DNA of 64,000 nt from Trichinella spiralis (taxonomy: Eukaryota): positions 3,154,707 to 3,218,706 of the forward strand of contig NW_003526943.1 of NCBI RefSeq assembly GCF_000181795.1, read 5' to 3'. How positions within the stretch are numbered: the stretch's first letter is position 1; each line of letters starts with the position of its first letter. A program made the translations under genes and the position numbers. This document shows, in pieces, positions 52,147 to 64,000 of the stretch. The notes under the pieces are model-generated. The model ran no database searches. It had not been told where the DNA came from and saw only the letters and a program-made list of their open reading frames with translations.

Positions 52147-55111
52147 TTATTTTTCATTTTCTTTTGACTTATTCTTGGATTGGTCTTGCGTAATATGACC
52201 ATCAAAAGCAAAATTGAAATCTAAATTTCAAAATATACATTTGAAGAATTTCTCGTAATTGAAATAAATCACCTTCATCCCGGAGATCAGAAAAAAAATC
52301 AACTGATTTCTGCGTAACAGCTGTAGAATCAAATTTCACGTTGTCCATTTGACAATTGACTTCCATTTCCAATTTTGAATTATTCGTATTCTGGTAAAAT
52401 TTAAAAATTCATAATAATAATAATACTGAAATACAAATTATAAAATGGTATATTGAACTTACTGTAGTGTCAAGTGTAGAATCCGCGTTTGGACCTTCCA
52501 CCGATTGAAAACTCTGATCACTCAGACCACCCATTTTCAAAATTTCCAATTTCTTTTTGATCATTGTCCAAATGTTGTCGTCGGCGGTTCCTTTAGCGAC
52601 GAGATAGATAATAAGAACACTATTGAGCTGTCCAACCCGGTGAGCTCGATCTTCGGCCTGAACTAAAATCTGTAAAAAAATAGTAATAATAATAATTATT
52701 ATTAATATTTTCATGAAATATGAATTTTGAAAAATCAACCTACTCCTGGATTCCAAAACAATTCCGCAAAAACGACCAGCCTAGCAGAAGTCAACGTGAG
52801 ACCTGTCGAAGCTGCCGTTATGCTCAATAAAGCTACTCGAATTTTGTCACAAGCTTGAAAATCGTCGCATAATATTTTGCGACGATTCGAATTCACAGTT
52901 CCATCAATTCGAATAAATTGAACCCCATAAAAAATTTAAAAGAAAAAGAATAATCTCAACACGTTGTTCACAAGCCACCTCAATTTGCATACCTTTGAGG
53001 ATAAAAATTCAGAAATTGCATCGAGCATGATCATGTGATGAGCAAAAATGATGAATTTCTGATTCGATTCAATCAACTCTGAAATGTATTCAATTGTTGC
53101 TTGGATTTTCGCCTGAGCAGTTTCGGCGAAATAGCTGAGCAAATATTCATGCTTGCCAAAACTCTGAAATAACGAAATACATATTTGAATAAATTATTAT
53201 ATATATACAGAGTTTGTTTATATAATTCACTTGATCCATTTTTTCCTTGGCCGACTGTAGTGATTCCAAACCTAAGTTTATCAGTTGCTTATTCAATACG
53301 ACAACTTTGCGAATTTTTGGAGGAAGCTGAGATAGAACTTGATCTTTTGTGCGTCTAAATTAGAATTGCAGCATATTTAAAACATAATATGAACAATTTC
53401 TTTACCTCAGCATTATTGTTTCTTTCAAAATTAATTGAAGCTCTTCTAAATTCGATGCACCAGAATAATCATAAACAGTTTTTGATCCAAGTTTTATCTG
53501 AATTTTATAAGTTTTTTTTAAAGTAAATAAATATATGAATAAAGAAAAATACAATTGAAAAATAACTCACCATTTTCGGATTGCAATAACGTTGACCAAA
53601 TTCTACGAAATTTTTAAACATCCTCGGAGCTATGCAGTCGATTTGGGTGAACAATTCACTGGGCTTCGACAAAGCCGGCGTTCCGCTCAACAGAATTACC
53701 CTTTTAGCAGTCTTCAACAGACATGATTTGAAATGAAAAAATATATTTAAAAAAATATATATCATTTGAACACCTTCAATAATTTCGTAGCTACTTTATA
53801 ACGCTGCGTTCTGAAATTTTTAATATTGTGACTCTCATCCTACAACAATTTAAAGGTACAGTTTTATTGTCCAATGCAAGATATCAAGCATACTAGTATA
53901 ACAACGGAGAATTTACGACCAATCAGTGCTTCACTTTGGTTCACCATAAAGTCGTAGCTGGTGATTAAAACTGAACAATCACTTGGATTTGGAAGTGAAT
54001 CACGACCAGTATTTAAAACGACTATTTGATTCGATTTTACAAAAGGAAGACGGTTTTCAATTTCCTGTTGCATATATATTATATACAATAAAGAACAAGT
54101 TTGAAAGATCCATTTAAGAAAGAAACTCACTTCCACCCATGTATATTTCATAGAAGAGGGACAAACAACGAGCAATGGCCATTCGTTTCTATAATACGAA
54201 GCAACAGCTAGTGCTTCGACCGTTTTTCCAAGACCCATTTCATCAGCAATAAGTAATCTGCCTTTTCTGCTAATAGCAAATCTAAAAACATGTCGGCATT
54301 TTTTGAAACAAAATTTAATAACTTAAAAATTTTTCGTAATTATTTTTAAAAATCAACTGATGCAAAGATTTCATCACAATTACTTCACTGCTTCAAGTTG
54401 AAATGGAAAAAGTTGATTTTTTATTTCTGAATCAATACGACAAATTTCTCTTTCAATCCCAGTACAGTAGTAGTCCTTTTTTTGTTTTAGAACATTTTGC
54501 ACAATCAACGGTAGACCATCAAATTTCACCGGTGGCTTGCATTTTGAAATACTTTCCGCTTTATTATAATCATTCTATTAAAAGAAATTTGAGCATCATG
54601 CAAAATATTAAATTCTTACCAACAACTGGATACATATCAACGTGAAAAGCCCAACTACGTTGTACAGCATCTGTGTAAGAGAAAAAAAATTCTTTGTACA
54701 TAGTGAAATTCAAAATGTACGAAACTTACTATAGAAAACCTTTTCTTTGGGAAGTGAACGAAACAGCTCAACCATTCCTGGGTGATAAGAAGAATGGATT
54801 TCAAATCTTCCACCGCTGATTAATACACACTTCGCTGTTACTTCTCTATTATTACTTCGTCCTTTCCCAGATTGAACGGACAAATTGTTGGAAATTTTAC
54901 TTCCTAATCCACCAAGGGGGGGATTCTTTGGCTTTGCAGCCAACGTTGAAGATTGAGCAACGCTGACTGACGTTTTCTCACCGGAAATATTTTTCAAAGT
55001 ACATCCTGAACTGGACGGCAAAGAAGCACTATTCTGTTTCGCTTTACGCAACTGTAAAGCACGATTTCGATTCGCCTCAATGCGACGAAGTTGTTCTTCA
55101 GATAAAGCCAT
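52147..55111 (-). CDS. SMARCAL1: SMARCAL1/HARP annealing helicase
   Basis: RPA-binding start [23 protein letters not shown]-like domain; [49 protein letters not shown]. Confidence 0.93.
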
Positions 55112-56346
55112 TACTATATTGCACAATGCTATACTGCTTATACAAAAAGTCATTTTCACACTGCTACAACTGCAATGTTTATTTGTAAAACCAAATTGCT
55201 GTTAACTGTTAAATAAAATTAATTGAAACAATCACTTTCAATGGCATCCTCATTCCAGTCACAAATATTATATTAAGCTAACCAGTGAAACCGTCGAACA
55301 AGTCAAACATTTGTGACAAAAGCTTAAAATCTATCTTTCAATAGTCTGCACTAACTATTTAGCATTTTCGAAAATTCTGAATAATAAAAAACATATATAA
55401 CTTTTGGTGATTCTTAATTTTTTGCAATGAATAAAAAAACTAAATCATAAATAACAATAAATTCAAAAAAACTCACCTGATTAACTTTTTCTTTTAAAAA
55501 TAACAATATCCAAATGTTTCATACAACAGTAAAAAGTTATTCGTACAGCGATATCGACTCGAAAGCTTTAACAATATCCGTCACCATTGGGCAAAACAGA
55601 TCTATAAAATTTAAATTTACAACATTGTGTAGGTTGAAATAAAAAAAACTGCTATATCAAAATATGTCTATTGAACGGTCATTATCACATAACACCAGTT
55701 TCTAAAAACATTATTAATTATAAACAAAACGTATGAGAACTGAGTGCATTAGCATTTGAACACGTTCAACAATTATTAATTCAATCAAATATTTAACAGC
55801 TTAATATTTAAACATTTTAGTAGATAAATAAATAAATAATGATATACATATATACATATATTACAATAATTCACAATTTTTTTTTGTTTAATATTATCTT
55901 AAAATGAGCTAATTTATTTCTTTAAATTTTTAAAATTATGCTAAACTTACAGTATACACAAAAGTTACTGTAAACAAAGTTTGTTAAAAAATAAATAAAT
56001 AAATAATTTAAATTTCACGCAAAATGTTTGTTTATTCTACAAGTTTATCAATATAAAAATAAATTTACATAAATTATTCCGAGTTCCACGTCACAAAAAC
56101 AAAGACACTCAGGTACAATTTGTCGAAAGCTCAACGTGGCCCGAGTGAAAGATCATTTTGGTGATTTGCGGGTCGCAGTGAGCGGTCCATTTTTCATTGC
56201 TGTTTTCAGCTTCCGGGGTTGTTGTTACCCTGCGAAGCTTATAGATTTTTTTGCTTTATTTCGTTTCGCCACCTTTCCTATTTGCCTTCCCGAATATTTG
56301 TTTCCATTTTTTCACTGTTGCAATGGAACATTGTTAATTATAAAAC

Positions 56347-59300
56347 ATGCTGATGAGTTCGGTGATCGTTGAAAAAGTTAACTTTGCTTTGAACTTTTGC
56401 CTTCAATCTGGATTCGCACGTACCACCTCAAATTGCGGCCAATCACCATCAGTTGGCCGAAAAGTCCGACTTCGATTCTGCCTCTCCAGGTATACTATTA
56501 TTCTCTTTTCACTGATTATTTGCATGATGAATTTTGATGAAACTGACATTATTCTTTATTGAGTAAATTATATTATATAAGTTAAACTTTAAGCTACGGT
56601 TTAATCTTTGTTTAGATTTTTTTGATCTGATTTGTTCACCATCATAAATGAAATGTTTTGATCTCTGCTTACTTTTCTTTTTTTACCTACATATGAAAAT
56701 TTATAATTTTTATGATATAGCATTATGAAAAAGCATAAAAATAAGTAACGTGTTATATATATTTATATTACGAAGAATTGAGTTGCTCATATTCTTGTCC
56801 ATTTAACATAATGTTTTGTAATGTAAAGTAAGTGTAAGTTTAAGTAATATGAAATTTATATATTATAATATAAGATAAAAGTAATTATTATAATTTAACA
56901 TAATATTTATGTATTTTTGTTTTCTTTGTATATTATAGATATTATAGATAATCAAGTTTAAGTTACTGTATTATTGTTATGTTTATTTTCACACATTGTA
57001 TTTAGCGAGATTAAAAGGTTGTAAGTGAAATGTTCTGTTTGCATATATCCCTGTGGTGATGCAAAAATAGGGCAGTATATGAATACAATAATAACAGTGT
57101 AATTTATTTGAAGTATTAAGTGTAAATATTTTTGCTTATTTCATCCATATACGAATAAAATTCTACTTTTTTGAACATTTTAATATATAGATGATTATAG
57201 AATTTCTGTTACAAAGGTGTAACGTCGATTTTATTTATCATCCAGTTGTCACTGGCTTGTGACTGTTGTTAAATGTATTAAATTTGGTGATTTATTTTGA
57301 AAAGAAGAAATATAAGAACGTTTTTAATTGGCTTTTTCTGTTAAAGTGCTGTTAATAGGTTATGCGTAATTTGTAAGTGGTAGAGAATGAATGCTCTGTT
57401 TAATTTTTAGTTAAAAAAAGATTGTTTATTATTTATTGTAGATGCTTGTGCTGATGTGGGAAGTTCATTTCGGCATGCTCAGAAGCCAGAAAGCGTCCCG
57501 GTCCTTTCACAACATTCTGTTTCTGGCACGGAAATCAAGTCCAAAATTTTGGTGAATATTGATTTATTTAGTGTTTATTTATTTATTTATTTATACATGT
57601 ATGTTTTTTATTTTTTAGTATGCAAAGAACAATTCAAATGGTAGAGGAAGACGGAATTGGAATGAATATATCAATTTTTCCATACGACCTTTTAATAGCG
57701 CATTCGCGTCGAATTATTCTTGGCGGGCTACGAACGCTGCAGTTTCGCATCAACAATCACAACATTTAAAAAGCAATAATTCACGACAGTATTTATTGAC
57801 AAAGTAATTTTTTATTATTTTCAAAGTATTTTATTTGTAAACGAAAAGTGAATTTTAATTGTAGTGTCCAGTTTATCGTGAACGATGGCCATGATTATTC
57901 GTCGTATTTGTCCAATCCAGACAAAGTTATTGATTGGGATGTTGTTGAAGAAATTGTATGCCGGATTTAAAGTGTTATGTTTAGTTTGTAAAAGATGTTT
58001 TTAAGCGAGTTGTCAACACTGAATCATTCTGTTGTCCAATTTGCTTGGATTTTCCCGTAGCAGCTAAAATTACCAAATGCGGCCATATATATTGTTGGGC
58101 ATGCATTCTGCATTATTTGGCATTGTCAGAAAAAGCTTGGCGCCGGTGTCCCATATGCTTTGAACCAGTCTATGAGAAGCATTTGAAGAGTGTGGAGCAA
58201 AAAATTGTTCCTCGTCACGAAGTTGGGCAGAAAATATGCTTTTTGCTCATGGAACGAAAGAAGAAAAGTCTTATTGCGTTACCAGTACGAGAACGTCGAA
58301 CTTCAAAAGTGGACAATGCGTTATTGAGCATAACCGGTAAATGTAGAATATATTTTCGTTGTTTTATGGTTATTTAAGTGAATTGTGTATTTTGTAGATT
58401 CTGGCAACACATTCTCCAGATTATTAACAATAAAGCCATCGGAAGTGATTTCTGAAATCATCTGTCGAGAACGTGATGAGTTGGAATCTCGAAAAAGTAT
58501 TTCAGATGATCTTGAGGAAATGCATTACATACGTGTGGCCGTCGAAAGTAAAAATATTTTTCAATAGGTGTTTGAATGGAGAAGCAGTTTTTTCATTTAC
58601 GAATTTTAAGATTTAAATGGAAGAGAAAATATGTTACTTGCTGAAATGACGAAGTTTTTCTCATTGCAAAGCGATGTACAGTCTGTCTCAGATGCAACCG
58701 CTAAAGGTGAAAGTGATATGAAGGTGCTGAAATTGTCCATTATGTCATATTAATATCGTATTTTAATTTTATTATTGGCAAGTCAACACACGGCCTGCAT
58801 AGCTGTCCTCGTGACAGTATTGCAGCTGTCGGCGCATCTTCAGAGAGCTCTTGATAGAGTATATTCTTCGATGCAGTGTTGAATAATATATTTGTCCCCG
58901 GTATGGGCACTTTGTTGCTTCATCTGGTGTGGGCATTCTTCTGTATATTCCATCGACTAGGCCAGTTTCTATGAAACGATTAAGCCTTAGTAAAACCATG
59001 CAGAAGACAATACTTTTTTTCTTGAGATATATTTTTCTTTCTTTTAAAAATTTTTTGAATTATTTATTCGTAGTATTTAAGAATGTTTATTTTTAGAAAA
59101 TTTCCGCTGGACAACCATTCGATAAATCAAATGATGCAATTGATGGCAGTGATAGTGTGAATGCTTTAGATAATGAAGACAGTTATTACTTTTACCAAGG
59201 TGAGAAGGAATAAATTTTTGTTATATAGTTTTTTGTTAATTACGAGAAGCATGATGAAATAGTTTTTAAATGTTGACATGATTGATGATATGTACCCATT

Positions 59301-60430
59301 TGGATCGATAGGCCTGAGTCGATAAATTTAATAAAATATTATTATCTTTACAATTTCATTTATATTTATCATGTATATTATCATTGTTATTTTAGTTGAA
59401 GATGGACAGTATTTGTTTTTGCACTTTTTGAACGTTCAGTGTCTTTCGAGTGAATATGGCAGTTTGAAGCGTTCGCCAAAGTTGTTAGTTGGTAAAATAA
59501 TACAAATTGAAGAATTTATTATGACTCATGAGTTGCGCCGCAAGTATCGATACCTGTGTCATTTGCCGTTGGGTACAAACTTTTCATTGGTGGAAGTGAA
59601 ACTGCAGTCTGGTATTGTTTCCGATCAAACACTGAATATGTTTGAGGGTGAGGAAGAAGGTTTTGCATATTTGAAAAACAGTATCCTGTTTCGGACTTCA
59701 TAAAGTAGTGATGTTATTAGAAAAATTTATTCGTCGAATGTTGGCTAGAGAGAAAAGATTAGCAGACGAGGAAAGACTGTCACGTGATGCGTTAGCTTGG
59801 GAGCGCAAGGTGTTTTTTGATAAAAGTAAATTTTATCTTTTTGAATATATAATCTGGTTGTTTGATGAATGGTTTTGTACTTTCAGAGAGCATTTCTACA
59901 CCATCTGTAGTGCAGAGTTTTGGAGAGGATGATTTTCCTTATGAATTGAATTCTGGCATTGACGAACCAGGCGGCAGTTCAATGCATCAGATTTTCACAA
60001 CTGAAGGGTCTATATCATTTGCAGAGGTATGTGATGTTTGTGAAAAAATGATTATATATTTATTTGATAATAGAATTGAAATTACAGTTTATGTAAACGC
60101 GTATATGTTTCCAAAATATGTGTAGAATAAAAATAATTTCTGAATTGATACACTTTTTTGTAGGCGTTGAAGCTCTCCAAGCCAGTTGCCATTCCAGAAG
60201 TTGGAGCATCATCATCTGTTGAAAGTAATGCTACAGTTGGAACATCAACTTTGACGCGTCCATCTTATAAAGACTCGTTTGCATCAGCGTTGAATGAAAT
60301 TTTTGATCAGATGCACTTGCCGGATAACGGTGTCGAAAAGGAAAAAGGGCAAGATACTGATAGAAATGAAAATGGAAAAAAATCAAAAAAAGGTCGTAAA
60401 TCCAAGTCGATTGTATTGTTTTCCACGTGA
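56347..60430 (+). CDS. RNF10: RING finger protein 10 (40S quality-control E3 ligase); start codon uncertain
   Basis: CQFIV..PD..IDWD.VEEI; RING CPICLDFPVAAKITKCGHIYCWACILHYL...RRCPIC; YYFYQVEDGQ..FLH.LNV.CL..EYGSL; LRRKYRYLCHLPL; C-terminal KKGRKSKSIVLFST. Confidence 0.92.
58783..59012 (+). ncRNA. SNORA73: U17/snR30 (SNORA73)-type H/ACA snoRNA inside RNF10 intron 58724-59096
   Basis: 5' stem TCAACAC..TGCAT pairs with ATGCAGTGTTGA. H box ATAATA at 58883-58888. The 3' hairpin base TTCTGTAT/ATGCAGAA encloses m1-like ATATTCC (58945-58951) and m2 AAACCAT (58993-58999). m2 lies exactly 7 nt before ACA (59007-59009). Confidence 0.88.
59243..59321 (+). ncRNA. Box C/D snoRNA inside RNF10 intron 59200-59395, predicted 28S rRNA guide
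   Basis: C box ATGATGA at 59251-59257; D'/C' ATGA/TTGATGA at 59278-59288; D box CTGA at 59314-59317. The guide GGATCGATAGGC (59302-59313) is the complement of GCCUAUCGAUCC, recalled from LSU rRNA. The D box is 78 nt from the 3' splice site. Confidence 0.75.
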
Positions 60431-61383
60431 TTTGATGAAGTCATTTTGATGACGTATGTTTGAGGTTGAAGGAAAGTCACAAGAGTTTTATGAAGGCACA
60501 AATTGCTTGGATATGCTCTATATTTCATAATTTGACAGGTGGAAAATTATTATTATTAAATAATATTGTTATAAATTGGAATAAAATTTTCTCATTTTTT
60601 AACTTGTCTTTCTGGTAAAAAGAAGTAATTATTAAACAGTTTTTAATCATACAATAAAATTAAAATTTTAATATATTTCAACTCTTGGATTTATGATAAT
60701 AATTAAAAGTGAAGATTTGATTGATGTGCATAAATTTGTAGCAAACAAGTTTATATTTGACAACGAGGAAGAGCAGCACACCGGGCTTTATTATCGTAAT
60801 TGTGCTTCAAATTACCGATTTGTTTTTAATGTGAATTTTTAACTTGACGGTTGTTGGATCATTTATAACAATTACTATTCAAGTGATATTGTATATTCAC
60901 ATTTAGAACAAGTACATCACTCATAATAATAATAATACGGTGGTGGATCATTTTGATTGATTTATTTCTTGAGCAGGGTTGTTTTAGCTTTTGTTAATCA
61001 GAAAAAGATTGAGTATGCAAATGAAAAAAAAATACAAATTTCAAATTACCCGAATGCAGCACAACTGCTGCTGCATAAACGCTCATTCCAAGCGTAAAAT
61101 GCGAAAGGCTTGCATTGCATTGGATTGCAAAAGAAAATAAATAACTGAGAATTAGAAAAGAAAATAAACAAAAGAAATGGAAATAAAATGGCAAACAACA
61201 GCCAGCAAAGAGACGAACGACGTGCTTTGAGTAAGTAAAAGCAGATGAATGGAACTTGTCAGTATGTAAATATGGGGGGGGGGGCGGCAAACAGATTGTA
61301 TTGTTACAAATCTGCGCGCGTATGAAAGGCAACGAATGAATGGAATCAGTCAATCAATCTTTGCTGGATTTAAAATTCACAGT

Positions 61384-64000
61384 TCACCGTTCCAAGCTTG
61401 AACACTCTTTGCATATGGCCATGACGTGCCGGTCGTACGGTTCGACTTGGACCGTTGAATACCAGGCATGGTATTTGAAGCGCAACAAACGTGACGCTTC
61501 ACATTGCACTTCATAAAATTCATGATCTGCATCTTGAAGAAGAAGAATATATGAGTGAACTGAAAATGTGTGTTCCGGATGTTTCAACAAGTGAGAGAAA
61601 AAATTCCAACTTACCAACAGCCAAATGTGCATTAATGACCACTTTGCCGACAGTCAAAGCCCACACGTGGAGGTCGTGTATTGCCCGAACGCCTTGAATT
61701 CTTCTCAGATCAGCTTCCAACTTTTTATAAGCAAAATCCAACGGAACCGCTTGAAATGCAAACAAATTAATTGATTCATTAAACAAACAAACAAACAAAC
61801 AATACTTTCGAGCAGTGTCCAAATGACGTCGCGGAACACTTTGACCGTGGTCGCGATGACCATCAGAGAAAAGATGAACGTGCATATTGGATCGGCCAGT
61901 TTCCATTCCGAATTCACTTTGATCAAACTGGCGCCAACGAGCACGCCGACGCTTTGGACGAAATCCCCCAATATGTGCATGGTCGCAGCTCGGATGTTGA
62001 TATTATCCGCCGGCTTCTTCTTCTTCAGCATCTCAGGAAATTGCACCACTGACGTGCCTGCTGCGCCCGCGCCCGCGCCCGCACCGACAATGCTAACCCG
62101 GTCGTTGTGACCAATGGCCGGCGAGAAATCTTGCTCGGCTGGAATATCCGACGAGCTGAAATCCCCGTGCGAGTGACCATCGACACCGCAACGGTGCAAA
62201 ACGCATCCAATGCTGCAATTGCAAAAGAGATAATGAGAATTGTTTTTTTACTACTTATTGCTTAATTTATTTATCTATTTACATCATGTTGAATACAACT
62301 CCGCAACTTGCGGTAATTAGCATAGCGTCGGCATCGATGTAATAATCTCGGTCAATGACGCGCAGAATTGCCAAATAAACAAGCACGGCGGTCATGGTCC
62401 AAATGATGAAAATGCTCAACAATGCGCCGAGAATTTCTAAATAATAATTTATTAAAACAAAAAAAAATTATTAATAACTTGCGTCATCTGATCAAACAAC
62501 ACAACACAACGCTTTGTAACTTTAAAATTGACATTTAAAGTTTTTTATCTTTAAAATCTTCAAAATGTAAAACTGTAAATTCATCAAAAAGAGAGAATAA
62601 AATAAAAAGCAGTTAAAGTAGAGAAGTCAGCGAGCAAAATTGGTGGTGGGTGAAAGCTGTCACTGCTTGTTTGTTTGTTTGTTTATTTGTTTTCCTTGTT
62701 TAGGAAGAAAAAATTCCTATTATCTTTGCATGTAGAAATGACATCGTCGAACAAGCAAAGTAGCACCATGAACAAAGCAATGTTGAAGCCGACCATCATC
62801 GAAAGCGAGATGAGCAGCCAAGCGGAGGCGCAAGCGATTCAAGCGGCAGTGGAGGCGATCCTCCAGGGGAAGAGTGACAAATCCATCGCCACACACATAA
62901 AGACGGTCTTTGAAAAGAAGTTCAAATGCAAATGGAGTTGCGTAGTTGGCCGTGAATTTATTGCCAACATAAATCACAGCAAGCATTCTTACATACATTA
63001 TTACGTTGGCAAATATGCCATTCTGCTGTGGCGTTGACTTTTGTGCATCATCACTTCGAGTAGAAGCGAAGCAAGATAACAATTACTATTATTATTATTA
63101 TTACTATTCAACTTGTGTTAATTCTATCAATTGTATTCTAAATATTCTTTTAATAATAATAAATTATATAACTATTCACAATGAAATAAAAAACAAATCA
63201 AATATATAAAAATCTGCTCTTCTTTCAATTCTGACCTTTTTATTAATGTTATTATAAAAAGAATTCATGAATAAATTTCTTTTTAAACTGCTGAATCAAA
63301 GAATAAAGCTAAATATATATATATATGCAAAAAGAAATTTATACATTTAAATTATTAATTTTTAAAATGCCGCCAATAAAAGCAGTAGTGTATATTGATT
63401 GCGTAAAGTGGGTTGTCGAATTATTATTTCAAAAATGAAATGATGCTCACCGAATCGATAAAAACCAAAAGTGAAGGATCTTGTTGCTGGACGTTTGCCA
63501 ATCCAAATGGCAAAATAAGCGATCACAAATCCAGCAACATCACTCAACATGTGCGCCGCATCGGTCATTATTGCCAAACTGCCCGCAATTGTACCTCCTG
63601 GAACAAAATTGATTATTAAAAATTAATATTAACACTTAATCCATTTCGACTTACCAACTAATTCCACGATCATGAACAGAACGCACAAGCCGATGACAAT
63701 GACCAGCCTAGCCTGGGCGTTGTGATTGTCGTGGGCTTTCAAAGAGCGGAAGTGGCAATGATCGTCCACAAAGTCACTTTCACATTCTTCTGAATTAGCT
63801 TCGGTTTGGGGGGCTGTTTCGGCAGCTTTCAGTTGTTCTAAAGAGGAAAACGAAGGCGCCGGTTCAGGGCTCCTCTTGTGCCTCAGACGACCGGATACGA
63901 CCGCGCCCGCGCAGGCCGTGTCCAGCGTTGTTTCACTGCCCAATGCAAATTCGTTCTCGAAGGCGACATTCACCCGCGATCTATCCGAATGAGGCTGCAT
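61384..64000 (-). CDS. Cation-diffusion-facilitator zinc transporter, ZnT2/ZnT8-like (SLC30); ATG at the window edge may not be the true start
   Basis: LCVLFMIVELVGG..AGSLAIMTDAAHMLSD (HxxxD), RPATRSFTFGFYR.E, DGHSHG loop, NINIRAATMHILGD (HxxxD), ADPICTFIFS, IHDLHVWALT, STVQVEPY. Confidence 0.94.
62738..63037 (+). CDS. Divergent intronless LC8-type dynein light chain nested antisense in the ZnT intron (~62438-63450)
   Basis: IIESEMS..Q..AI..A..A....DKSIATHIKTVFEKKF..KWSCVVGREF...H....IHYYVGKYAILLWR follows the LC8 pattern. A tgtag acceptor precedes the ATG and AATAAA follows at ~63185. Confidence 0.88.
   Translation: MTSSNKQSSTMNKAMLKPTIIESEMSSQAEAQAIQAAVEAILQGKSDKSIATHIKTVFEKKFKCKWSCVVGREFIANINHSKHSYIHYYVGKYAILLWR

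Noticed and set aside
56524..56630. ATGATGA...CTGA as another C/D snoRNA
   Set aside because: No terminal stem, no recognisable guide, and far from the 3' splice site; expected by chance in AT-rich DNA.
56970..57400. Hairpins in RNF10 intron 1 as extra H/ACA snoRNAs
   Set aside because: One hairpin has an ACA at the wrong distance and no H box; the other has an H-like box but no ACA.
58772..58999. 75-aa antisense ORF in the RNF10 intron
   Set aside because: Better explained as the reverse strand of the U17-type snoRNA.
558..64000. U12-type (minor spliceosome) introns, which Trichinella is reported to retain
   Set aside because: All donors I could place are ordinary GT types (gtaagt, gtattt, gtgagt, gtatgt); none reads RTATCCTT or RTATCTTT.

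Overview
AT-rich eukaryotic genomic DNA with short GT-AG introns (TTTCAG/TTTTAG acceptors). Gene content and repeat types suggest a clade I nematode, most likely Trichinella (inference). Host genes: 3' part of an E78-type nuclear receptor, an innexin, a small 5-exon PH-like gene mostly missing from the ORF track, a UGT-fold protein lacking key catalytic residues, Van Gogh/Strabismus, an intronless Ig-EGF-TM protein, CCT2, a secreted protein with two cystatin-like repeats, RPC3/POLR3C, TTI1, DNAJC9, SMARCAL1, RNF10 and a ZnT/SLC30 zinc transporter. A divergent LC8 dynein light chain is nested antisense in one ZnT intron. There are two tRNA-Gln genes (CTG, TTG), decayed MULE, piggyBac, BEL/Pao and Gypsy elements, a ~620-bp dispersed repeat with a strongly conserved core, and two assembly gaps. 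The strongest hidden signal is in RNF10: two consecutive introns carry a U17/snR30-type H/ACA snoRNA (H box, m1, m2, ACA) and a box C/D snoRNA with a guide complementary to 28S rRNA. Exon structures were read by eye and coordinates of decayed elements are approximate.
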